A stretch of DNA of 25,940 bases. Source: a virus (lineage: Duplodnaviria > Caudoviricetes). Location of the stretch: the IMG/VR virus record IMGVR_UViG_3300036876_000121, positions 1 to 25,940 of that record; one strand, written 5' to 3'. Shown here piece by piece: positions 1 through 7,474 of the stretch. Position numbers and translations under genes: made by a program. The notes below the pieces were generated by a model, which saw only the letters and a program-made list of their open reading frames with translations, was not told the DNA's origin and did not search any database. Within the stretch, counting starts at the first letter, position 1; the number at the start of each line of letters is the position of its first letter.

Positions 1-55
1 ATGAACTTCAAAAACATATATGAGCGTATGGAGAAAGAAGGGACGGTTATTGTTG

Positions 56-277
56 ATGAATGATGATATAGATAAAGCAACTGAATTGACCATCGAAGAT
101 ATAGATATCTTTGTCGCAAAATTGATGAATGGTGATTATGATATTAAAATGCGTCTTTGCTTCAAATGCAGCAAAGATTTTATTCCTAATTATCATGATT
201 TTGAATGCGATGAATGTTATTTCTCTAAATGGCCAGAAGAAGAAAGAAAAAGGTTTTTTAGGAGTTTTTTTGAATGA
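56..277 (+). CDS. Hypothetical small protein with two CxxC motifs (putative Zn ribbon)
   Basis: ORF 20..277, likelier start at ATG 56, which overlaps the end of an upstream frame (TGA 61-63). Contains CFKC...CDEC. Its stop overlaps the next ATG (ATGA). Confidence 0.6.
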   Translation: MNDDIDKATELTIEDIDIFVAKLMNGDYDIKMRLCFKCSKDFIPNYHDFECDECYFSKWPEEERKRFFRSFFE

Positions 278-582
278 GCGGTGAATGTGATAAATGCATT
301 AAACATTCTGTAGATTGTGAATGCCATGATTTAGTTGATCCAAGGAAAAAGAATATGACAACATTAAACGAATATTTAGAAAGACTTAGGGAAGCCTTAC
401 CAGATTTTATTAAAGCCAGTGACCTTGTAGAACTTGGAATCGTAGGATCTAGAACCACCTTAGCCACTGATCGTCGAGAAAATATTGGAATACCTTATGT
501 TCAATTTAGCAAGAATCGAATTCGATATCCTAAAGATGCAGTACTTAAGTATATAGCCGAGCACTTTAACGAGACTAAATAG
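274..582 (+). CDS. Excisionase/AlpA-like helix-turn-helix DNA-binding protein
   Basis: C-terminal half 'LPDFIKASDLVELGIVGSRTTLATDRRENIGIPYVQFSKNRIRYPKDAVLKYI' resembles the MerR-like winged-HTH pattern of phage excisionases. Cys-rich N-terminus. Confidence 0.6.
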   Translation: MSGECDKCIKHSVDCECHDLVDPRKKNMTTLNEYLERLREALPDFIKASDLVELGIVGSRTTLATDRRENIGIPYVQFSKNRIRYPKDAVLKYIAEHFNETK

Positions 583-592
583 AAGCATTTGA

Positions 593-1150
593 TTAGGGCA
601 TCAATAACTTAGTCTTCTTCTGACCATCAGAGCTACCCATGAGACTATCTCCTCGATACAACTCGTTCTCTATCCAGTTTCCATCTTGATCTTTAGTAAA
701 TCCAAAATATTCAAGCTGGAGGTTTTCCCATCGCTTAATCATTTGAACTCGAGCAGGATCGAAAAGATCTGGACTCATGAGAATATTCAACATGGCCGAT
801 CTATGAGGCAATTCCCAACAGAAGTAGACATCATCATTCGGGAAAACATGAAACACCATTGTATCCTGTTCAGGATATGGGCGGTATTTTGTAATCTTCC
901 GAATACGAGCCAAACCCCTTTTCATCATCAAGTCATATTTTTCATAAATGGCTAGATAAAAAGGTTTACCAACAAAATCAGGATGCGACCTTCCTTGCTG
1001 AATCGCTTCATTGATATCTACAACTAGATCTTTCTTTATTTCATGACTTACGTCGCCTATTACTACGCCTCTCTCGCCATTAATTTGCGCGTCTCTATAA
1101 ATGGCTCCTGCCGTCTTCCGTGTAGGGTCAATATGTGATTGATTTTCCAT
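593..1150 (-). CDS. Hypothetical phage protein
   Basis: 185-aa ORF with globular composition, 6 nt downstream of the Zn-finger ORF. No recognised family. Confidence 0.75.
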   Translation of the reverse strand: MENQSHIDPTRKTAGAIYRDAQINGERGVVIGDVSHEIKKDLVVDINEAIQQGRSHPDFVGKPFYLAIYEKYDLMMKRGLARIRKITKYRPYPEQDTMVFHVFPNDDVYFCWELPHRSAMLNILMSPDLFDPARVQMIKRWENLQLEYFGFTKDQDGNWIENELYRGDSLMGSSDGQKKTKLLMP

Positions 1151-1156
1151 AATATA

Positions 1157-1459
1157 CTAATCTATCTCCTCTGGAAGCCAGGTGTCCTTATCTCTAATAC
1201 GCCTAGTCCAGTGATTTTTTAATTGTTTCTCATGACCTTTCTGAGCACATTCTTTTGAACAAAAAACCGTTCTCTGACGTTTTTTCTCGTTCTCTTTTCT
1301 TATTATTTCGTTCTCACAAGTACGACAAATCAAAACCTTCACGTCTTGCTTTTCCGTAATATTTTCCATCTTTTTACGATAAGCGCAACGAAAACAATAT
1401 TTATTATTATTTATAAAGTCGTCTTCATTTCTATCTATTTTGCAACTATCGCATATCAT
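1157..1459 (-). CDS. Cys-rich zinc-finger protein (CDSC, CFRC, CRTC, FCSKEC)
   Basis: ORF 1157..1567. The probable start is ATG 1459 (MICDSCK...), because the upstream extension overlaps the scaffold leader. The FCSxxC motif is common in small phage Zn-finger proteins. Confidence 0.65.
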   Translation of the reverse strand: MICDSCKIDRNEDDFINNNKYCFRCAYRKKMENITEKQDVKVLICRTCENEIIRKENEKKRQRTVFCSKECAQKGHEKQLKNHWTRRIRDKDTWLPEEID

Positions 1460-1591
1460 GTAATCACTTTTTATTGGACTTATAAGATTTTTATTAAACA
1501 AAGTCAACAATAGGCGTACATAAGGCGAACTAGCCCTTCGCATTGGCGTATTTGTGGAGTTAGCCAACCACCGAACAAAAAGAGGAATTCA

Positions 1592-2356
1592 ATGACAGAA
1601 AGTCAAAACCAGAACAGCGAAATTCAAGAGGTAGCGCCTCAGGTAGAAACACAAGTCAGTGAAATAAAAGAGACTCAGAGCAATCAAGAGCCAGTCACGA
1701 ACCAGCACTTGAAGGCGATGCGTCTTAAGAATGACCAACTCGAAAGAGAACTGAAGCAATTACGAGACAATCAGATGGCCATAATGCAAGCACAACTTTC
1801 AAATGCGCCAGCTGCTCGTCAAGAGGTCGATGAATTCGATAAAATTGGTGATGATGAGTTTATTCCTTTTAGTAAGGTGAAAAAGCTGGCTGAGAGAAAC
1901 TCTCAGAAAGTACTCAAAAATACCGAAGAACTTGTACGTCAAGAAGTCCAAAAAGCTCTCAAGACACAAGAAGATAGTCAATTCCTAGATCGCTTGAATC
2001 GTAAATATTCGGATTTCTCCGAGATCGTCACTGCTGAAACTTTATCAATTTTAGAAGAAAAGGAACCAGAGTTGGCGGCTGCGATAGGAGCATCGAAAGA
2101 TGGTTATCAAATCGGAGTTCAAAGCTATAAGTACATCAAAGCCATGGGGCTTTCTAAAGAAGCAAAAGAAGGTAGAAGAGAAAAGGAAATAGACAAGGCT
2201 ATCGCAAAGCAAGAGAAGGCGGTTACGTCTCCTATGGCTTACGACAAGCGTCCTATTGCCCAAGCTTTTCAACTAACTGATGCCATGAAGAAAGATCTTT
2301 ATCGCGAGATGAACGGATATGCTGCAATGGCTAGCTCGGTTCCCGAAATGACCTAA
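1592..2356 (+). CDS. Probable capsid scaffolding protein
   Basis: Acidic Q/E-rich N-terminus and coiled-coil character. SD GAGG upstream. Lies immediately before the major capsid gene (synteny). Confidence 0.7.
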   Translation: MTESQNQNSEIQEVAPQVETQVSEIKETQSNQEPVTNQHLKAMRLKNDQLERELKQLRDNQMAIMQAQLSNAPAARQEVDEFDKIGDDEFIPFSKVKKLAERNSQKVLKNTEELVRQEVQKALKTQEDSQFLDRLNRKYSDFSEIVTAETLSILEEKEPELAAAIGASKDGYQIGVQSYKYIKAMGLSKEAKEGRREKEIDKAIAKQEKAVTSPMAYDKRPIAQAFQLTDAMKKDLYREMNGYAAMASSVPEMT

Positions 2357-2377
2357 TAGGTCTAAGGGAAATAAACA

Positions 2378-3541
2378 ATGACAGTATCAATTGCATCGTT
2401 GCCTCCACAGATACAACAGAGGTACAACGCAAAGCTTTTGTCAACTCCTGAGCATAATCTGATTCACCAGCTTTTTGCTACACCAGTTGAGTTGCCAGAC
2501 AATAATGGCTTTATTGATCGTCAGTCACGTTATGACAGACTAGATCTGTTTGAGGTGCCTCTCGATGATGGCCAAAACAACCCACCACCACAGCAGCTCA
2601 ACAGAGTCGACGTGGATTGCCGAGTACGCGTTTACGCTACTTATATCGTTTTGACCAGACAGGTCACAATTAGTAACGAAGATCCGGTTCTTAATAGTGC
2701 CGCGGCTCGTTTAGGACAGTCGCTTAACATTCTAGGTGACTTTAAATCTTCTCTGATTGACTTGGAACTCCTCGCTGCTTAAGCAGACGGACAACAAGGG
2801 GCAAGCGAAAGCAGCCTGAACGACTAAGTGAGAAGACCTCGAAAGAGGAAGCGATAGTCTGACCTCTATGGAGACATAGAGAGGTCGATCCGAAGAGGTT
2901 GACCCGCCTAGAAATAGGTCAAAAAAAAAGTAACAGACGGTAGAGAAACTCAGGACGCTCTTCAAAGAGATAATCTTGAGTCGAGTGCAAGTATTATAAA
3001 CTGCGTTGGTGGAACTAATGGTGATATCCCAACAGAGATGACAATCTCAGATGTGGATGACGTCTTCACAGTTCTGCAAAACAATAGCGGTGAATATATC
3101 ACCAACATTGTTGAAGCTGAGCTACGTTTTGGAACATCACCAATCGGCGATGCATATGGTTGTATGTTAACGACTAGGATGATTCCTACGTTATATAACA
3201 TGACTGGATTTATCAAGAAATTCCAGTATCCAAATATCTCTCAAACTTTGAGTGTGGAAATTGGCGGAGCGAACAACATTCGTTTCTTTGCTTCTGAGCA
3301 AGGTTCTGTCACTCCAAATGGCTCTATGCTTGGTAATGATATCGCAAATTGCTTCGTGAGCGCTAAAGAGGCTTACAAAGTTGTTTGGCAAGCAGGGGGT
3401 AAAGCACGCTTTATCTACCTACCGCCAGGGTACAATAATGATCCATGTATGTTGAGACATACAGCAGGTTGCTCGTTCTATCAAGGACAGTGCATCACTA
3501 ACGATCTTTGGATTCAAAACCTACGCTCAACAGGAATCTAA
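2378..3541 (+). CDS. Major capsid protein (probably N4-gp56-like, HK97 fold), intron-split: join(2378..2724,2941..3541), 315 aa
   Basis: Two same-frame ORFs (2378..2782 and 3038..3541) join after removal of 2725-2940, giving ...NEDPVLNSAAARLGQSL^RETQDALQRDNLESSASIINCVGG.... Motifs DPVL..., EIGGANNIRF and NDPCMLRHTAG recall N4-gp56-type capsids. Located after the scaffold. Confidence 0.85.
2725..2940 (+). ncRNA. Group I self-splicing intron (216 nt, no homing endonuclease ORF)
   Basis: P1: exon AGUCGCU (2718-2724) with IGS GGUGACU (2735-2741), U.G at the splice site. P10: UUCUA (2730-2734) with 3' exon UAGAG (2941-2945). P3: UCUUCUC (2747-2753)/GAGAAGA (2830-2836). P7: GACUA (2822-2826)/UAGUC (2855-2859). 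P8: CCUC-GAAA-GAGG. P9: CUCUAUG-GAGA-CAUAGAG. Terminal G at 2940. At least five in-frame stops inside (2780, 2825, 2855, 2909, 2915). Confidence 0.93.
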
Positions 3542-3554
3542 GGAGGATAAATAA

Positions 3555-4646
3555 ATGTTACCATTTTCTTTTATTGGGTCTTGGTCTTACACCAACCCAG
3601 CAACTCCAGTTGCAGTTAATATCCCAATGACAGCAAAACCCGACTGGTTTTTCGTTAAGGATGTAACGAACTGGGGCGCACAAAGCACAGCTGCTAATCC
3701 GATTTATGCGGAATGGTTCAGTGCTACCATGGCACAAGGTTCATACCTTGCTTTAGGACAACCAAGCTCTACAGGAGCTGGAGTCACCACATATGCTTCT
3801 CAAGGCACATCGGGCGGCTTTACATTCATTGATCAAGCTAACCCTCCAACTTTCACAAAAGTTGCGGTTACAACAGTCAATGGAACCACGTTTGTTGTTG
3901 CGACAGCAAATACAACAGGAATTAATGTCGGCGATTTCATTCGCTTATTTAACATTGTTGGTGGTCAGCAAATCAGCGGACCAAACCTTTATCAAGTTAC
4001 AGCCGTATCAGCTGGCGTAAGCATTACCTTAGGGTTTGCTGCTTCTGCTGCTTCTGCTGGATTAGTTGTTGCCAATGGAACAACTGGGTTCTACCAAAAG
4101 GTTTATCCTGGCTTCTTCCTGCCTAATACATTGCCAGTTGCTTACATTACGCAAGCGACTCAAGCAGTTGTCTATTTCTTCAGACAAAACCCATATACAC
4201 CAGGTGAACTTGTAGATTTCCAAATCCCAACACCTTACGGAATGATTCAATTAAGCAATCTGACACGTAAGGCCGGAAGTGGCCCTTTTACAAATAACCC
4301 ATCCGGTGCAGCAAGAGTCTTGAGTGTTGTTAATTCCGCAACTGTCTCATCGATCACTATCGACGTAGACACAACCGGCTTTACAGCATTCCAATTCCCA
4401 ACTTCGGCTGCCTTTGCAGGTGGAGCTTCTCCAGCTGTGTGTATGCCTGCCGGATCAGGTGTTGTGCCTCTTAATGGAAGTGCAACAATCCCTGCATCGC
4501 CTCCAGGAACAAACCTTGCTGACGCATTCGATAACAGATCGCAATACGTCATGAATATCGGTTTATCTGCTGTAGGAGTCGCGAATGCGAACATGCAAGT
4601 GTTTGCGTTCAAGGCTGATTTCGTCAACGGAATCACCAACGCATAA
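3555..4646 (+). CDS. Virion structural protein (head decoration/accessory), beta-rich, with C-terminal E1-FCCH-like domain
   Basis: Strong SD AGGAGG directly after the capsid gene. Rich in T/G/A/S. C-terminal ITQATQAVV...GMIQL...DTTGFTAF...PAGSG...DAFDNR. Confidence 0.7.
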   Translation: MLPFSFIGSWSYTNPATPVAVNIPMTAKPDWFFVKDVTNWGAQSTAANPIYAEWFSATMAQGSYLALGQPSSTGAGVTTYASQGTSGGFTFIDQANPPTFTKVAVTTVNGTTFVVATANTTGINVGDFIRLFNIVGGQQISGPNLYQVTAVSAGVSITLGFAASAASAGLVVANGTTGFYQKVYPGFFLPNTLPVAYITQATQAVVYFFRQNPYTPGELVDFQIPTPYGMIQLSNLTRKAGSGPFTNNPSGAARVLSVVNSATVSSITIDVDTTGFTAFQFPTSAAFAGGASPAVCMPAGSGVVPLNGSATIPASPPGTNLADAFDNRSQYVMNIGLSAVGVANANMQVFAFKADFVNGITNA

Positions 4647-4653
4647 TTAAATT

Positions 4654-4674
4654 GAGAGGGGTTTTTCCCCTCTC
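4654..4674 (+). terminator. Stem-loop after the capsid/decoration genes (possible attenuator or mRNA stabiliser)
   Basis: GAGAGGGG-TTTTT-CCCCTCTC, an 8-bp perfect stem just after stop 4646. There is no downstream U-tract, so a terminator role is uncertain. Confidence 0.45.
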
Positions 4675-4696
4675 TCCAATTAAAGGATTCATATTC

Positions 4697-5059
4697 ATGG
4701 AAGTAAGAGAATTAAATAAAAAAGCAAAACATACGTTACCACCAGCTGAAAGAGATGAACTGGTTAAAAAAATGCGTAAAGAAGACGATAAAATCCGAAC
4801 TGGAATGTTTGAGTTCTTAGATGCTCAAGGCGGATGGTTTGAATTTTCTTATAGAAAATATCCTGGCGAACCAATTCAGATGATTAAGTTGATTCATGGT
4901 GAGATTTGCGATTTGCCCATGGGAATTATCAAGCATTTGAACAACACGAAAAAGAAAGTTCGGCGCTATAGCATGGAATTGCCAGCAGCAGGACAAAGGA
5001 CTCCTCGTAGTTATGAAGTTGTCTCTAGGCTTAGATTTACTCCAACAGATGTGTTATGA
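4697..5059 (+). CDS. Hypothetical phage protein (head module)
   Basis: ORF 4652..5059. Likely start is ATG 4697 after AAAGGA, since the longer start lies in the hairpin. Stop overlaps the next ATG. Confidence 0.7.
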   Translation: MEVRELNKKAKHTLPPAERDELVKKMRKEDDKIRTGMFEFLDAQGGWFEFSYRKYPGEPIQMIKLIHGEICDLPMGIIKHLNNTKKKVRRYSMELPAAGQRTPRSYEVVSRLRFTPTDVL

Positions 5060-5439
5060 CAGCGCCTTATAATTCAAATTATGGGCCTCCTTTTGGTGCG
5101 GATTTTATTCCTAACCTGCAATACATAACTAATATCACTCAATCCAATCCTGGAGTTGTCACTTTTACGACTGATACAAATTTTACCATTGCGGAGTGGA
5201 TTAGTTTCCGTATCCCTCCGTCCAATGGGATGATTCAGTTAAATAATCAAAAAGCACAAATAATCTCAATCAATGGAAACATAGTAACAATAGCTATAGA
5301 CACTAGCAATTTTTATCCTTTTATATCTGTAGAAGACCCTCAAATTCCCTGTGTTGCCGTGCCAGCAGGCTCTGGGATAATACAAGGAACTACGACGGTC
5401 ACATTAGAAGATGCATTTGATAATAGGCCGGTTTTATGA
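5056..5439 (+). CDS. Small structural protein, stand-alone E1-FCCH-like domain (paralogous to C-terminus of 3555..4646)
   Basis: ITNITQSNPGVVT...GMIQLN...DTSNFYPF...PAGSG...LEDAFDNR. ATGA-coupled on both sides. Confidence 0.7.
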   Translation: MTAPYNSNYGPPFGADFIPNLQYITNITQSNPGVVTFTTDTNFTIAEWISFRIPPSNGMIQLNNQKAQIISINGNIVTIAIDTSNFYPFISVEDPQIPCVAVPAGSGIIQGTTTVTLEDAFDNRPVL

Positions 5440-6575
5440 CAGTCACATTTGTCCCCACATATCCTCTATTTCCGACTCTAGCCGATGCGATAACTAAGAC
5501 TAGAAAACTGACAGGTTCTAGCAATGCTTTTCAGGTAACGGATGCATATATCGTAAAACAAATGCATAGCTTCTATGCCTATGATTTGCCGGCTAAATTC
5601 AGATCTCTAAAGCTTAAAGATATTTATACCTTTACAACCAATGTCGGCCAGGATGTCTATCCTTTTAATAGCGAGCTTTACATTACTGTAAATAATCCCT
5701 GCTATTGTGCTAAGAGGGAGATAAAACTATTCCATGATCCTTGGCAATTCTATGGAGTCAATTTCAACTGGCAACAGCATGGAACTTTTGCTTCAGGAGA
5801 TAATACTGCAGGGCCGTATAGCGGCTTTACAATTGCAAGACCTTTGATAGCCAGCGTCAATAATGATCCAGGAACTCAGACTAATCGGAACCTTTTCTTT
5901 CCTCAAGGAAGAGTTCAAAATATCCTCATCACAGCAAATGTTATCGGGCCTAATGGTATTGGCCAAACTCAGAATGTCACGGACGATGGACAGGGTAATT
6001 TAATTCAGATTTTCCAGACATCGAATAATGGTAATCAAGAATATGGATGGACGTACTATCGACAGTATGCTTCGTCAACACCAACTATCCCAGGCAATGC
6101 AACGATTAATTATCAAACTGGAGAAATTACGGGTCTTGTTTTTGCTGAAGCTATTCCTGACGGAACACCGATTCAAATTCAATACAACCCTAAGAAATTC
6201 TCCATTCCCCTTGCAATCATGTTCTATCAGAACCAGTTCACACTTTCACCAGTGCCCGATAAAGGCTATACGATCGAAATGACCTGTTATCGTCAGCCTA
6301 TTCAAGCTCTCATAGCGTCTGACATGGCTGGCAATCCTGAACTATCCGAATGGTGGGAAATTCTATCAGTAGGATCCTCAAAGAAAATATTCGAGGAAAG
6401 GCTAGATTCTGATGGTGTGCTTTTCATCGATAAGATGCTGAAAGAGCGCTACGACATAATCGAAACGCGTACCTATGCGCAAATAGGACAAGAAAGGATC
6501 TCAACACTTTATACCGATCAACTCACTTACAACTATGGTTCTAGTGGATCGGGAACATCATTTGGTTCTCTATGA
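5436..6575 (+). CDS. Probable head-tail adaptor protein (podovirus P22 gp4/T7 gp11 position)
   Basis: N-terminal TLADAITKTRKLTG, an 'FTTNVGQDVY' strand, 'LSPVPDKGYTIEM' (PVPD motif typical of adaptor proteins) and a helical C-terminus. Synteny upstream of the nozzle. Confidence 0.65.
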   Translation: MTVTFVPTYPLFPTLADAITKTRKLTGSSNAFQVTDAYIVKQMHSFYAYDLPAKFRSLKLKDIYTFTTNVGQDVYPFNSELYITVNNPCYCAKREIKLFHDPWQFYGVNFNWQQHGTFASGDNTAGPYSGFTIARPLIASVNNDPGTQTNRNLFFPQGRVQNILITANVIGPNGIGQTQNVTDDGQGNLIQIFQTSNNGNQEYGWTYYRQYASSTPTIPGNATINYQTGEITGLVFAEAIPDGTPIQIQYNPKKFSIPLAIMFYQNQFTLSPVPDKGYTIEMTCYRQPIQALIASDMAGNPELSEWWEILSVGSSKKIFEERLDSDGVLFIDKMLKERYDIIETRTYAQIGQERISTLYTDQLTYNYGSSGSGTSFGSL

Positions 6576-6706
6576 AAAAGAAGCAAAATAGAAGTCAGCC
6601 ACAGAAGATACCAAATATTAATAAAAAGAAAAAACTTAAATCATTGCCAAACAAGCCTATTCCTCTTGGAGGAGGGCCATTTGTTGGGCGCCATACAACA
6701 GGGTAG
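6572..6706 (+). CDS. Small Lys-rich peptide (44 aa, MKKKQNRSQPQK...GRHTTG)
   Basis: Translated by hand, not in the ORF track. ATG overlaps the adaptor stop (ATGA) and the ORF fills the gap. Confidence 0.5.
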   Translation: MKKKQNRSQPQKIPNINKKKKLKSLPNKPIPLGGGPFVGRHTTG

Positions 6707-6714
6707 ATTATTTT

Positions 6715-6852
6715 ATGGCAGTCATTAAAGGAAAAGAAAAGAAGTTAAAAAAACCTCTTTCTCCTGCGAAAGCTAAATTGAGCAAAGAGTCGAAAAAGAA
6801 ATTACGCAGACCACAAGATTGTCAGCCAATAGCAACTGTTTGCGTTAGCTAG
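6715..6852 (+). CDS. Small Lys-rich peptide (45 aa, MAVIKGKEKKLKKPLSPAKAKLSKESKKK...)
   Basis: Translated by hand. Its TAG stop is embedded in the AGGAG SD of the next gene. Confidence 0.5.
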   Translation: MAVIKGKEKKLKKPLSPAKAKLSKESKKKLRRPQDCQPIATVCVS

Positions 6853-6860
6853 GAGTTTAA

Positions 6861-7472
6861 ATGCCAATTCCAACATACACGCCAGGATATCCACCAGATG
6901 GTGGATCTTTAGGGCAAACGAAAGTGACTATTCGAAATAATCTCGACGGCACATTCCAAACTCTAGGTATTGATCACGTCAATAACAATGGTCAGCCAGG
7001 TTCTCAGCCGGCCGGTTATCATACGATTATACATCAAGTTCCTCAAGCAGCTGTCACGACCGTCACGGGATATAATCAGGTTTTCTCTGGAGTTCCTGGC
7101 AACCTTACCGTCAATGCTACGACTACACCTGCGATACCATCTGGAGGAGATCAACAACTCTATTCCTTGACTGGTGGAGGCGTTCTTGCACAATTAACTG
7201 GATATAATGCGGCTAATAATGGATTTTGCTGGGCCGGAGGTATCCTTTTTCAATGGGGCGTTACTACTGCTTCGACTGGAGATATCAACGTACCCTTCAC
7301 TCCTGCTTTTCCTAATAATGCATTCAATGTTCAAGCAACAGTTTTAAGGACTTTTGGTACATTTACAACCAATTTTTCAGTCACTAGTTTGACTAAGACA
7401 AACTTTGTAATTAACAACGCGAATAGTTCTGCTACAAATTTAGCCTATTATTGGTTAGCTATAGGTAATTAA
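6861..7472 (+). CDS. Tail/fibre-associated protein with gp53-like C-terminal domain
   Basis: C-terminal 'GGILFQWG...VPFTPAFPNNAFNVQAT...YYWLAIGN' is the familiar gp53-like tail-fibre tip pattern. SD AGGAG. Confidence 0.75.
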   Translation: MPIPTYTPGYPPDGGSLGQTKVTIRNNLDGTFQTLGIDHVNNNGQPGSQPAGYHTIIHQVPQAAVTTVTGYNQVFSGVPGNLTVNATTTPAIPSGGDQQLYSLTGGGVLAQLTGYNAANNGFCWAGGILFQWGVTTASTGDINVPFTPAFPNNAFNVQATVLRTFGTFTTNFSVTSLTKTNFVINNANSSATNLAYYWLAIGN

Positions 7473-7474
7473 TA

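Noticed and set aside
2732-2965. 77-aa minus-strand ORF across the intron as a homing endonuclease
   Set aside because: It is antisense, too short, and has no LAGLIDADG, GIY-YIG or HNH motif.
2378-3541. Capsid gene as a pseudogene, two separate genes, or a stop-readthrough/recoded gene
   Set aside because: The insert carries mixed TAA and TAG in-frame stops, and TAA, TAG and TGA all act as normal stops elsewhere. A complete group I structure explains the interruption exactly, and ATG 3038 lacks a convincing SD.
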